Both the position numbers and the translations under genes were made by a program. From Candidatus Sericytochromatia bacterium (GTDB lineage Bacteria; Cyanobacteriota; Sericytochromatia; S15B-MN24; UBA4093), in contig JAKFBU010000023.1 in the NCBI GenBank assembly GCA_036676985.1, positions 160,001 to 224,000 of the forward strand: 64,000 nt of DNA, read 5' to 3'. The notes below the pieces were generated by a model, which searched no databases, was not told where the DNA came from, and was given only the letters and a program-made list of their open reading frames with translations. Below, one piece after another: positions 1-9,825 of the stretch (within the stretch, counting starts at the first letter, position 1; every line of letters starts with the position of its first letter).

Positions 1-158
1 CCAGATCGGTAGATCTTGCTTGCCAGCCTTGTAAACTTATGTTAAGTTGTTACAAGACTTTACAAGTGAGCTCTCAGCGGCCCGTGACCACGAGTCGTCT
101 GCTGAGGAGATGTCGTCGCAGCAGTACCATCTTGCCGGTACGAGGGAGGGATTCAAGC

Positions 159-1511
159 ATGCATGTGAGTTTCTACGTCCCGGAGAACACCGATCCTCAA
201 GCGGCCGGCAATGCCGCTTCGACTGCCGAGGGAGCCGCCTTTTCTCCGACCTCCCTGGCGCTCTCCATTCGCCTGACCCAGCTCGCCTTGGACAGCGCGG
301 GGCTCGAGGCGATCGCCAAGGCCCTCGCCACCGACATGCGGGCCCCGGTCCTCATCGAGGATCGTCAGTTCAACCTGCTCGCCCACTTCGCCCCTTCGGG
401 CATCACCTCCAAGACCTACGACGAGCTGGTCACGTCAAGCGGCACGCCCGTGTCCATCCTCAAGGAGCTCGAGGATTCGGGCGCCTTGAGGCAGCTGCGC
501 AACGAGCGCGGGCTCCTGACCATCCCCGCGGTCGACGGCGGTCAGCCCCGTCACCTCTGCCCGGTGGTCATCGGCGGGGAGATCATGGGCTACCTCTCCT
601 GCATCGACCTGGACGGCCAGGCCGGAGCGCTCGCCCCCGAGTACCTGATGGCCGGCATCCACGGCGTGGCCATCGAGCTCCTCAAGCAGAAGGGCATTGC
701 CGAGAACGAGCAGAAGCTGCGCCGGGACTTCTTCCGCGACCTCCTCTTCTCCAACGGCAACATCTCGCCCGAGACCCTGCACCGCCGCGCCACCTACCTG
801 GGCTACCAGCTCTCCTCCGCCTACTGGGCGCTGGTCGTCGAGTTCGACCAGGTCCCCAACGAGGAGCTCTTGCCCGACGAGGTCAAGAAGCTCGCAAGCT
901 CCCTCAACTCGCTGTTGAGCTTCCGACAGGCGCTGGTGATCACCCAAACGCAAGGTGCGACCATCCTCTACCCCATCAAGGAGGGGCAGCCCAGCCTCGA
1001 CAAGATCAAGCACCTGGCCGAGACTATCCGCCAGAAGATCTCGGGTACGACCCAGGGCTGGACCGTCTCCATCGGCGTGGGACAGCTCTACAACGACCTC
1101 TTGTCGATCCCTCGCTCGTACCGCGAGGCCCAGCACGCCGTGAAGATCGGCCGCGCGCTCAACGGCCCCAACACCATCGCGTGCTTCGCGGAGCTCGGCA
1201 TCTACCGCATGCTGCTGCAGTTCGCCCAGACTCAGAACCCCAACGAGTTCTTCTGCGAGGCCCTGCAGCGTTTGCTCGAGTATGACCAGCAGGCGGACAA
1301 GGAGCTCGTCAAGACGCTGACGGCCTTCCTGGAGTGCAACGGCAACCTGACGGAGACGTCGGATCGCCTCTTCATCCACCGCAACACGCTCAAGTACCGC
1401 CTGGAGCGGATCCGCGACATCACGCAGATCGACCTGGACGACTCGGAAAACCGCTTGATGCTGCATCTCGGCCTCAAGATGAACCAGATCGTCTCGACGC
1501 TCAAGCGCTGA
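159..1511 (+). CDS. PucR/CdaR-family transcriptional regulator
   Basis: C-terminal HTH (GNLTETSDRLFIHRNTLKYRLERI), GGDEF-like middle (SIGVG...SYREA), GAF-like N-terminal region. ATG at 159 follows GAGGGAGG; the ORF-track start at 39 is probably too long. Confidence 0.9.
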   Translation: MHVSFYVPENTDPQAAGNAASTAEGAAFSPTSLALSIRLTQLALDSAGLEAIAKALATDMRAPVLIEDRQFNLLAHFAPSGITSKTYDELVTSSGTPVSILKELEDSGALRQLRNERGLLTIPAVDGGQPRHLCPVVIGGEIMGYLSCIDLDGQAGALAPEYLMAGIHGVAIELLKQKGIAENEQKLRRDFFRDLLFSNGNISPETLHRRATYLGYQLSSAYWALVVEFDQVPNEELLPDEVKKLASSLNSLLSFRQALVITQTQGATILYPIKEGQPSLDKIKHLAETIRQKISGTTQGWTVSIGVGQLYNDLLSIPRSYREAQHAVKIGRALNGPNTIACFAELGIYRMLLQFAQTQNPNEFFCEALQRLLEYDQQADKELVKTLTAFLECNGNLTETSDRLFIHRNTLKYRLERIRDITQIDLDDSENRLMLHLGLKMNQIVSTLKR

Positions 1512-1526
1512 GCCAACCCTCGTCAG

Positions 1527-1556
1527 ACGGCCGCCTGCAGTGCAGGCGGCCGTTTT
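1527..1556 (+). terminator. Intrinsic terminator
   Basis: ACGGCCGCCTGCA/TGCAGGCGGCCGT inverted repeat plus TTT just after the regulator stop. Confidence 0.7.
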
Positions 1557-1742
1557 CGTTGCAACGCCATGGCCTGGCCGAAAGGGAATGGTACCCGCCA
1601 CAAAGGCCGATGCCGAGCGCTCTGCAGGGCGAGTCCTCCCCTCTTGAACGGCAGAGCATTCGTTGCATCCGGGTCCGGCAACATGTTAGCGTCCGGCCAA
1701 AGCCGCAGCAGAGCGAGCGAGTGCTTCGAAAGGAGGCCATCG

Positions 1743-2630
1743 ATGGCGAATAGGGCCTTGACGGCGGCGTTTGCCGCGACCCTGGGCATCGCAATGGCGC
1801 TGCCCGCGCATGCCCAAATGCGCACCTCCCAGCCTTCCCGGAGCGCGGTCACTCCGGCCACCGAGATCCAGCCGGTGGTGGGGCCGACCCGCTTCTTCAT
1901 GATTCCTCGATCGGACGTGCTTCCGACCGGTGAGTCCGTGACCTCCGCCGCCCTCCAGATCAGCACCGCTGCTCCGGCGCAGGTCACCCCGGGCCTCGGC
2001 GTACCGGCCCCGACCGCCCCCGGCATGGGGCTCGGCTTCGGGTACTCGGGCAACGCCCTGAGCCTGGCCAACCAGACGGGCATGGGGCCCTTCCAGCTGG
2101 ACACGGGCATCACGGCGTACGCCACCACCCCGTGGCAGGGCCGGTTGGATCTCGCGGGTAAGATGGGCATCCTGCAGCAGCAGTTCGGCATTCCCATCAA
2201 CATCGCCGGCGTGGCGGGCGCGGCCCTGAACCTCGACGCCAACGGCACCCCGAGCCTCGGCTTCAACGTCGGTATCCCGATCGGTGGGGCGATCGCCTTC
2301 ACCGACATGAACCGGCTGTCGTTGACCCTGTATCCCAACTGGGGCACGGGCCTGGTGGCACCGGGCGTGGTGGGGGCCGGCATCGTGCCTTCGACCCGGT
2401 TCGCCCTGGGCGTGGGCGGTGCGTTGACGCTGACGGACACCCTGGCGCTCTTGGCTGACACGAGCATCCTGGCGACGACCGCGGGCGCGCCGAGCGAAGG
2501 CGGCAACGTGGGTCTGCGCTTCGGATACTCGCCGAACGTGACCTTCGACCTGTGGGCCGGCATGGCTCCGGCCGCGGCCGTGGGCACCACGCCCATCAAC
2601 ATGGGGGTGGGGTTGAACTGGCAGTACTAA
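1743..2630 (+). CDS. Exported Gly-rich protein, probable outer-membrane beta-barrel
   Basis: AGGAGG RBS, signal peptide ending AHA-Q, alternating hydrophobic strands, C-terminus GVGLNWQY with terminal aromatic residue. Confidence 0.65.
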   Translation: MANRALTAAFAATLGIAMALPAHAQMRTSQPSRSAVTPATEIQPVVGPTRFFMIPRSDVLPTGESVTSAALQISTAAPAQVTPGLGVPAPTAPGMGLGFGYSGNALSLANQTGMGPFQLDTGITAYATTPWQGRLDLAGKMGILQQQFGIPINIAGVAGAALNLDANGTPSLGFNVGIPIGGAIAFTDMNRLSLTLYPNWGTGLVAPGVVGAGIVPSTRFALGVGGALTLTDTLALLADTSILATTAGAPSEGGNVGLRFGYSPNVTFDLWAGMAPAAAVGTTPINMGVGLNWQY

Positions 2631-2690
2631 TAGGGGTTGATCCTGGGGGCTCGCCGAGTGGCGGGCCCCCTTCCGCTTTGGTTGCTAGTC

Positions 2691-2837
2691 ACCCCCCCTT
2701 CCCCCCCTGCTTCGCAAGGGGGGCACAAGGACTGGACCCGGCTTCGCCGGGCCGGTTTGATTGAGGGGCACCTCCTTCAATCCTGCGCAGCAGGACGCCC
2801 TAAGCCCCCCTTGCGAAGCAGGGGGGGAAGGGGGGGT
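2691..2837. repeat. REP/REPIN-like element with 34-bp perfect inverted arms
   Basis: ACCCCCCCTTCCCCCCCTGCTTCGCAAGGGGGGC (2691-2724) is the exact reverse complement of 2804-2837; lies between convergent genes. Confidence 0.85.
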
Positions 2838-2853
2838 CAATTGAATCGCCAGG

Positions 2854-3801
2854 TTACGAGTAGACTTCCGCCCGCAAGAGGTAGGATGCCCCCTTCTCGG
2901 GCAGCGGAATCACCAGCCGGTCGAAGTCACTGGGCATCACGAAGCGATCGAAGACGGTCTTGGCCTCCGCGATGATCTCGCGCGGCGTGTACCGGAAGCT
3001 CATGTGCGTGAGCGCCAAGAGCTTTACGTCCGCCTCCTTGGCCACCTGGGCGGCTTCCGCCGCCGTCGAGTGCATGGTGTGCCGCGCCCGCTCGGCCTCT
3101 TCCTGGGTGAAGGTCGAGTCGTGCACCAGGAGGTCCGCCCCGCGCGCGGCCTCGATCACCGAACGGCACGGCCGCGTGTCGCCCGTGAGCACGATGCTGC
3201 GACCCGGCCGCGACTCGCCCAGGACGTCCTCGGGCCGCACCACGCCGCCCGGGACCTCCACCGTCTCGCCGCGCTGTAGCCGGCCGAAGTCCGGCCCCGG
3301 CTTCACGCCGAGCTCTCGGGCGCGCTCCACGTCGAAGCGGCCCGGACGCGGGTCTTCCGCGAGCTTGAAGCCCAGGCTGCTGATCTTGTGGTCCGTGGCC
3401 ACGCCCACCACCCGGTAGCCGTCGAAGGGAATCTCCGCGCCCGGCTGGAGCTCATGCCAGCTGATGGGAAAGTCCACCTTGCCGATGAGGCGCTTGAGGA
3501 CGTCGAGGAAGTCCAGGAGGCCCCTCGGACCGTAGACCGCGATGGGCTCGGTGCGCCCCCAGAGCTGCCAGGTCTTCATGAGGCCGGGCAGGCCCAGGTA
3601 GTGGTCCGCATGCAGGTGGGTGATGAAGACGTGCGAGATCTGGTTGATGCCGATCCCGATCCGGATGAGCTGACGCTGGGTGCCCTCCCCGCAGTCCACC
3701 AGGAAGCGATCGCTTCCGCGCTGCACCAGGGTGGCCGAGAGGTTTCGCTGCGGGGTGGGGACCGATCCGGCCGTCCCGAGAAAGAGCACGCTGAGTTCCA
3801 T
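2854..3801 (-). CDS. rnz: Ribonuclease Z
   Basis: FLGTAGSVPT, DCGEGTQRQ, THLHADH, GP-motif exosite (PGPDFGRL), GDTRP, HST, LTHMSFRY. Confidence 0.95.
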   Translation of the reverse strand: MELSVLFLGTAGSVPTPQRNLSATLVQRGSDRFLVDCGEGTQRQLIRIGIGINQISHVFITHLHADHYLGLPGLMKTWQLWGRTEPIAVYGPRGLLDFLDVLKRLIGKVDFPISWHELQPGAEIPFDGYRVVGVATDHKISSLGFKLAEDPRPGRFDVERARELGVKPGPDFGRLQRGETVEVPGGVVRPEDVLGESRPGRSIVLTGDTRPCRSVIEAARGADLLVHDSTFTQEEAERARHTMHSTAAEAAQVAKEADVKLLALTHMSFRYTPREIIAEAKTVFDRFVMPSDFDRLVIPLPEKGASYLLRAEVYS

Positions 3802-3902
3802 CTATCCAGTGTAACACAGCCCCACAAGGCGACCGGGCCGCCAGCGCAGTCGCGCTGGCGGCCCGGCGAAGGGACGCGTTCCGGCCCGAAAAGCCGCGGG
3901 CG

Positions 3903-5711
3903 CTAGGAGACGGGCACCTGGGCGCCCGCGTACATGCCGTCGATGGCGTCCTGGTAACGCTTGAGGACGTTGCGGCGCTTGAGCTTGAGGGTCGGAGTCA
4001 GTTCGTCGCTCTCCTGGGTGAACTCCTGGGCGAGGATCACGAACTCCTTGATCTGCTCGAAGCGGGCGAAGTCCTTGGTCTGCTGGTCGATCTCCTTGCG
4101 GACGAGCTCCTTGACCTCGGGGCGCGCCACGAGCTCCGCCCGGGACGCGGCCGACCAGCCGCGCTCCTTGGCCACCCGCTCCAGCGTCTCGAAGTTGGGC
4201 ACCACCAGCGCGGTGATGTAGTTGCGGTTGTCGCCGATGACCATGGCCTGGGCGATGAAGGCGCTCAGCGCCATCGCGTTCTCGATGGGCTGCGGGGCCA
4301 CGTTCTTGCCGTTGGACATGACGAGGATCTCCTTCTTGCGGTCGGTGATCCGCAAGAAGCCGTCCTCCAGGGCGCCGATGTCGCCGGTGTGCAGCCAGCC
4401 GTCCGCATCCACGGTCTCCCGGGTGGCCTCCTCGTTGTTGAAGTAACCGAGCATGATGTTGGGGCCGCGGGCCAGGATCTCGCCGTCCTCGGCCAGCTTG
4501 ACCTCCACGTGCGGGATGGGGTGGCCCACCGTGCCGAGGCGGATCTTGCCCGGGCGGTTGCAGGCGATGACCGGGCTACTCTCCGTCAGGCCGTAGCCCT
4601 CGAGGATGGTGATGCCGATGACGTTGAAGAAGATGCCCACTTCCTTGGGGAGGGGCGCGCCGCCCGAGATGCAGTAGCGGAGGTTGCCGCCGGTGCGCTC
4701 GCGGACCTTGGAGAAGACGATCTTGTCGGCGAGGGTGTACTGGAGGTTGGTGAAGAAGTCGGGCTCGCGGCCCGCGGCCTTGGCCTCGTACACCCGGCGA
4801 CCCATCTCGAGGCCCCAGTAGAAGAGCGTCTGCTTGACGGCCGAGCCCGAGTCGATGGACTCGAAGACGCGCGCGCGGATCTTCTCGAACAGGCGCGGCA
4901 CGCTGACCAGGAAGGTCGGGCGAACCTCCGTGAGGTTGGCGGCCACCGTGTCGATGGACTCGGCGTAGTTGATGAGCGCCCCCTGGTGCAGGAAGGCGTA
5001 GTAGGCCACCCGCTCGAGCACATGGCTGAGCGGCAGGAAGCTGAGGCAGGAGTCCGTGGAGTGCAGGTCGATGATGCCGCACACGGTGCTCGCGTTGGAG
5101 GCGAAGTTGCGGTGGCTCAGCATGACGCCCTTGGGGTTGCCCGTGGTGCCCGAGGTGTAGATGATGGAGACCACGCTCGCGGGCTCGATGCCCTTCTCGC
5201 GCATGGCGAGCTCCTCGGCGTACTGGGAGACGACGGACTCGCCCTTGGCGACGAAGTCCGCGAGGGTGGTGACCGTGAGGCCGTCCCGGCCCTCGGCGGG
5301 GCCGTCCATGACGATCACGTGCCGCACCGAGTCCGCCTCCTGGCAGGCCTCGAGGACCTTTTGGAGCTGGGCCTGCGACGAGCAGACGACGGTCTGGGGG
5401 CGGCAGTCGTTGAGGATGTAGGCGAGCTGCTTGGCCGTGAGCGTCATGTAGATGGGGACGTTGACGGCGCCCGTGCGGATGATGGCCAGGTCCGACTGGA
5501 CCCACTCGGGGCGGTTCTCGCTCAACAGGGCGACGCGATCGCCCGGGCGCACGCCCAGGTCGAGGAGGGCCGAGGCCATGGCCGTGATCCGGCGGTCCAT
5601 CTCGCCGTAGGTGATGTCGTGCCACGAGCCGTCGGCCTTGAAGCGGAAGCCGGGCCGATCCCGGTGCTGCCGCATGGTCTGCTCATAGATCGCGACGATC
5701 GTGTCCAGCAT
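3903..5711 (-). CDS. Long-chain fatty acid-CoA ligase (AMP-dependent synthetase)
   Basis: IIYTSGTTGNPKGV, EGYGLTE, GWLHTGDIG, ITDRKKE, ELTPTLKLKR. Confidence 0.93.
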   Translation of the reverse strand: MLDTIVAIYEQTMRQHRDRPGFRFKADGSWHDITYGEMDRRITAMASALLDLGVRPGDRVALLSENRPEWVQSDLAIIRTGAVNVPIYMTLTAKQLAYILNDCRPQTVVCSSQAQLQKVLEACQEADSVRHVIVMDGPAEGRDGLTVTTLADFVAKGESVVSQYAEELAMREKGIEPASVVSIIYTSGTTGNPKGVMLSHRNFASNASTVCGIIDLHSTDSCLSFLPLSHVLERVAYYAFLHQGALINYAESIDTVAANLTEVRPTFLVSVPRLFEKIRARVFESIDSGSAVKQTLFYWGLEMGRRVYEAKAAGREPDFFTNLQYTLADKIVFSKVRERTGGNLRYCISGGAPLPKEVGIFFNVIGITILEGYGLTESSPVIACNRPGKIRLGTVGHPIPHVEVKLAEDGEILARGPNIMLGYFNNEEATRETVDADGWLHTGDIGALEDGFLRITDRKKEILVMSNGKNVAPQPIENAMALSAFIAQAMVIGDNRNYITALVVPNFETLERVAKERGWSAASRAELVARPEVKELVRKEIDQQTKDFARFEQIKEFVILAQEFTQESDELTPTLKLKRRNVLKRYQDAIDGMYAGAQVPVS

Positions 5712-5807
5712 CCTTCCTCCTTGTCCGTGCGCAGGGGCGGCATCGCCCCCGCCAAGTCAGGGCCATTATAGCCGTTTGGCCCCTTTACGGCTACATCGTC
5801 CCCAACG

Positions 5808-5843
5808 CAACAAGGCGGGAAGCTACTGCTTCCCGCCTTGTTG
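5808..5843 (-). terminator. Hairpin closing the ffh-rpsP-khpA unit
   Basis: CAACAAGGCGGGAAGC/GCTTCCCGCCTTGTTG inverted repeat immediately after the khpA stop. Confidence 0.6.
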
Positions 5844-5852
5844 GCATTTTAG

Positions 5853-6092
5853 CTACTCGTTGAGCAGATCCAGGTAGATCGGCTCCCGCTGCTTGGTTCC
5901 GGCGGCCCTGAGCACGGCCCGGATCGCATTGATCGTCCGGCCCTGCTTGCCGATCACCTTGCCCACGTCATCGGGATCGACCTGGACGCTCAGACGAATG
6001 GCGTCTTCATCATCCGATCGGTTGATGACCAGCGCCTCGGGGTTCGAGACGACGGCCTTCAGGATGGTTTCGGCTACGGCGACAGGGTCCAT
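5853..6092 (-). CDS. khpA: KH-domain RNA-binding protein KhpA
   Basis: GKVIGKQGRTINAIR motif; canonical position after rpsP. Confidence 0.92.
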   Translation of the reverse strand: MDPVAVAETILKAVVSNPEALVINRSDDEDAIRLSVQVDPDDVGKVIGKQGRTINAIRAVLRAAGTKQREPIYLDLLNE

Positions 6093-6100
6093 CGGGTCTC

Positions 6101-6358
6101 CTACTTGGCGGCGAGCTTCTCGAACGCGCCGATCTTCTTCAGCAGCTCACGAGCGGTCTCGGTGGGCTGAGCGCCGTTCCGGAGCCACTTGAGGGCGGCC
6201 TCCTCGTTGATACGGACTTCAGCGGGCTCCTTCTGGGGATCGTAGAAGCCGATCTCCTCGATCACGCGGCCATCGCGGCGCACGCGGCCATCCGCCACGA
6301 CCATGCGGTACTTCGGGTGCTTGGTCGCCCCGACCCGCTTCAAGCGAATCTTAACCAT
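6101..6358 (-). CDS. rpsP: 30S ribosomal protein S16
   Basis: [10 protein letters not shown]...YRMVVADGR...[14 protein letters not shown]...[11 protein letters not shown]; RBS AAGGAGGTGA. Confidence 0.98.
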   Translation of the reverse strand: MVKIRLKRVGATKHPKYRMVVADGRVRRDGRVIEEIGFYDPQKEPAEVRINEEAALKWLRNGAQPTETARELLKKIGAFEKLAAK

Positions 6359-6413
6359 GTGTATTTCACCTCCTTTGCCATAGCGTATGGCTGTGTATTG
6401 GACTGACGTTGGT

Positions 6414-7808
6414 TCAACGCTTGGGACCGAACGGGAAGTTGCCCCCGGGGAAGTTGCCCCCCATGCCGGGCGGCATTTTCGGCATCCGTTTGCCCATTTG
6501 CTTCTCGAACTTGCCGAACTGCTTCATCATGCTCCGCATATTCTCGAAGTCCTTGAGCAACTTGTTGACGTCGGGGACGGTCGTCCCCGAGCCGTTCGCG
6601 ATCCGCCGCTTGCGCGACATGTCGATGATCTTGGGGTTGCGCCGCTCCTTGGCGGTCATCGAGTTGATGATGGTCTCGATGCGCTTGAGCTGCTTCTCGC
6701 CCTCGGCGAGCTGCTCCTTGGAGATGTCGACGCCGAGCATCTTGCCGATGGGCAGCATCTCGAAGATCTGGCTCATGGAGCCGAGCTTCTTGACCTGGCG
6801 CATCTGGGCGACGAAGTCCTCCAGGTCGAACTCGGCCTTGCGGAACTTCTGCTCCAGGCGCTTGGCCTCGGCCTCGTCGATGGTCTCCTGGGCGCGCTCG
6901 ATGAGCGTGAGCACGTCGCCCATGCCGAGGATGCGGGTCGCGATGCGATCGGGATGGAAGGGCTCCAGGGCGTCGAGCTTCTCGCCGGCGCCCGCGAACT
7001 TGATGGGGCGGCCCGTGACCTGCTTGACCGAGAGGGCCGCGCCGCCGCGGGTGTCGCCGTCGAGCTTGGTGAGCACCACGCCCGTGATGTCGAGCGCCTG
7101 GTGGAAGCTCTCGGCGATCTTGACCGCGTCCTGGCCCGTCATGGCATCGACCACCAGGAGGATCTCCTGCGGGTGCAACGTGGCCTTGAGGCGGCGGATC
7201 TCGTCCATCATGGACTCGTCGACGTGCAGGCGGCCCGCGGTGTCGACGATGACGTAGTCCTTGCCGTTGGTCTTGGCGTGCTGGACGGCCTCGGTGGCGA
7301 TCGCCACGGGGTCCGTGGAGCCTTCCTTGAGGAAGACGGGGATGTTGATCTGCTTGCCGAGGACCTCGAGCTGCTTCATGGCGGCGGGCCGGTAGACGTC
7401 CGCTGCGACCAGCAAGGGGTTGCGGCCCTTCTTGCGCAGGTAGAGCGCGAGCTTGCCGGAGGTCGTGGTCTTGCCGGAGCCCTGCAGACCGGCCATCAGG
7501 ATGACGGTGGGACCCGGATGGGCCTCGGCCAGGGGGGCGCGCTCGCCGCCCAGGAGCTCCACCAGCTCGTCGTTGACGATCTTGATGAACTGCTGACCGG
7601 GGTTGAGGCCCTGCATGACCTCGACGCCGAGGGCCTTCTCCTTGACCTTGGAGACGAACTCCTTGACGACCGCCAGGCTGACGTCGGCCTCCAGGAGGGC
7701 ACGACGAACCTCGCGCAGGGCCTCCGAGATGTTTTCCTCGGTGATCTTGCCCTGCCCGCGCAGCTTCTTGAAGACGTCTTGAAGCTTATCGCTCAGCGAT
7801 TCGAACAT
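6414..7808 (-). CDS. ffh: Signal recognition particle protein Ffh
   Basis: [37 protein letters not shown], Met-rich M domain with RRIANGSG. Confidence 0.98.
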   Translation of the reverse strand: MFESLSDKLQDVFKKLRGQGKITEENISEALREVRRALLEADVSLAVVKEFVSKVKEKALGVEVMQGLNPGQQFIKIVNDELVELLGGERAPLAEAHPGPTVILMAGLQGSGKTTTSGKLALYLRKKGRNPLLVAADVYRPAAMKQLEVLGKQINIPVFLKEGSTDPVAIATEAVQHAKTNGKDYVIVDTAGRLHVDESMMDEIRRLKATLHPQEILLVVDAMTGQDAVKIAESFHQALDITGVVLTKLDGDTRGGAALSVKQVTGRPIKFAGAGEKLDALEPFHPDRIATRILGMGDVLTLIERAQETIDEAEAKRLEQKFRKAEFDLEDFVAQMRQVKKLGSMSQIFEMLPIGKMLGVDISKEQLAEGEKQLKRIETIINSMTAKERRNPKIIDMSRKRRIANGSGTTVPDVNKLLKDFENMRSMMKQFGKFEKQMGKRMPKMPPGMGGNFPGGNFPFGPKR

Positions 7809-8006
7809 GTGACTCCGCAGCCTTCCGAGCCCGCGGGGCCCGGAAAATTCTTAGCCAAGATTTAACAGTATAGCCGAGACGAGGGGGTGGCGTCAATTTG
7901 GCGTGACCGGTTGCACGCCGAGCCAGCCTGGGCACGCCCCACAAAACCAGGCATGGGTCGTCGATGGCCGCCATCAGCCGGCAAAGGAACAGTTTCGTGC
8001 GACGTG

Positions 8007-8999
8007 CTACTCCTCTTCGTCGCTCAGGGGCACGACGAGAACGTCACGCTTGGCCATCGACAAGAGGCCGCGCACCATCTTGCTCGTCACGTGCAGCTGG
8101 AGGGCCGTGATCTGGTCGATGTCGGCGTAGGACGGGGGCGGCTCCACGGGCTCCAGGTCGGCCGGGCGGACGGAGCGCAGCTCCTTGGTGCTCTTGACCC
8201 GCTTGGGCCAGAAGCGATCGCATGCCTCGATGAGCTTGGCCGAGTTCTCATGGGAGAAGTCGGCGAGGGCGCTGGCTGCGACCTCGGGATCGAAGACGTC
8301 CCCCGGCTCCGCGTCCTGGATGGCGCCGATCCACTTGCCCTTGCCCTTGCCGGCCTGCTTGCGCAGGTGATGGCTGACGAAGGCCTCGTAGTGGTAGTGC
8401 ACGTTGGATGCGAGGGTCGTGAGGCCCTGGAGGTTGAACTTGGCGTCCCAGATGTAGCTCAGGCGCATGGGGTTGGTGTGGTAGGGCTGTCCCATGTCCT
8501 CCAGGTAGTGGATGGAGCGGGCCAGGTACCGGAAGCCCCAGTAGGGATCATGCTTGCGAAAGGCGATCCGGGCGAGCTCGTAGTTGGCCTTGGCCCGCTT
8601 GGGGGCCTCGCCCACCTCGAGGGCGCCGCGCAGGAAGTGGTAGCACTGGTGGCGGTAGCCCTTGCTGCCGCCCGCGAGCGTCTGCAGCGGTGAGACCTCG
8701 AGCTTCTCGTCCATGCCCCAGTCGGGCTCGTCGACGTAGCGGATCAGGATCTCGCGCGCGTTGGTGGACTCACCGACGAGCTTGTCGATGTAGAGGGGCT
8801 TGAAGTCGGGGTTGAGGCCCTTGTCCACGTTCTCGTAGGTCCACTTGGTGACCTTGATGTTGCGGTAGGCGTTGAGCCAGGTGACCGGGCGCAGGATCTC
8901 GCGCGTGAGCAAGTCGTGGTCGGCCCATGCCAAAGCCGGCGTGGGGGTGAGCAGCGCCATGGCGAGAGCCAGGGCGACTAGCGGGCGCTGAAAGGTCAT
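8007..8999 (-). CDS. Secreted zinc-dependent phospholipase C / S1-P1 nuclease superfamily protein
   Basis: Signal peptide ending ALA, mature N-terminal Trp (WADH), EPD, HYLEDMGQPYH and HYHYE zinc-ligand motifs. Confidence 0.75.
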   Translation of the reverse strand: MTFQRPLVALALAMALLTPTPALAWADHDLLTREILRPVTWLNAYRNIKVTKWTYENVDKGLNPDFKPLYIDKLVGESTNAREILIRYVDEPDWGMDEKLEVSPLQTLAGGSKGYRHQCYHFLRGALEVGEAPKRAKANYELARIAFRKHDPYWGFRYLARSIHYLEDMGQPYHTNPMRLSYIWDAKFNLQGLTTLASNVHYHYEAFVSHHLRKQAGKGKGKWIGAIQDAEPGDVFDPEVAASALADFSHENSAKLIEACDRFWPKRVKSTKELRSVRPADLEPVEPPPSYADIDQITALQLHVTSKMVRGLLSMAKRDVLVVPLSDEEE

Positions 9000-9116
9000 G
9001 ACACCTCGTCCGGTGGGAAAACAGGCAAGCCGGAAAGATTATGCCACAAACCGGGTCGGTTGAACCCACCAAAGGCAAAGGGGCCCCTTTCGGGGCCCCC
9101 CATCGGTCGGAAGGGG

Positions 9117-9617
9117 CTAGTTGCCGAAGCGCGAGACGCGCTTCACCTGGTTCAGGGCGTCGACGATGATGGTCTGCATCTGGTTGGCGATCTCGCGCTG
9201 CCGGTGGACGTTGCCGGTGTTGGACCACTGGTAGCGCAGGTCCTCGTAGCGCTGGCAGGCACGGTCGGCGAGGTCGAAGACCTGGCGCGAGTTGTAGCCA
9301 TGGCCGCCCTGCTCGGCGGAGACGGCGTCGCGGACGTCGGCGAGGCCACGTGCCAGGACGGCGAGCATCTCGTCCTCGATGCGATCCTTCTCGGCGTCGC
9401 TGTAGGCGCGCAGCCAGCGATCGCGCAGGCGGTCGTAGCGGTCGAGGGTGTCGCCGGCGAGCTTCTTGGCGCGGCTGACGGACCAGAAGTCCTGGCCCTC
9501 GACGGTCTCGCTGGTGGTCGCGGACTTGATGCCCGTGGTGGCGCCGGGGGTGACGCCGCAGCCCGCCAGGAAGGTCAAGGCCATCATGAGGGCGACGAGG
9601 ACGGGGGCGAACTTCAT
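9117..9617 (-). CDS. Hypothetical helical lipoprotein
   Basis: GGAGG RBS, lipobox FLAG-C, charged helical body. Confidence 0.75.
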   Translation of the reverse strand: MKFAPVLVALMMALTFLAGCGVTPGATTGIKSATTSETVEGQDFWSVSRAKKLAGDTLDRYDRLRDRWLRAYSDAEKDRIEDEMLAVLARGLADVRDAVSAEQGGHGYNSRQVFDLADRACQRYEDLRYQWSNTGNVHRQREIANQMQTIIVDALNQVKRVSRFGN

Positions 9618-9825
9618 AGCAGCGGACCTCCTGTTGAGCGGGCACAACTTTAACATGAGGTTTATCCATCGTTAACTTGGCGTAAAATCTTATGAACTAG
9701 CTAACTAGTGATTAAGAATCAGTAAAGACCAGCTGCTTGATGGGGGGTAGATCCGTCGCCACTCCCGGCAGAACGAACCGCGGGCCCGCTTTCGAGCGGG
9801 CCCGCGGCCGTGAAGGGTGAGTTTC

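Noticed and set aside
7812-7840. GGAA-loop hairpin in the ffh leader resembling SRP RNA helix 8
   Set aside because: Lacks the CAGG/AGCA symmetric loop; too short to call SRP RNA or a mimic.
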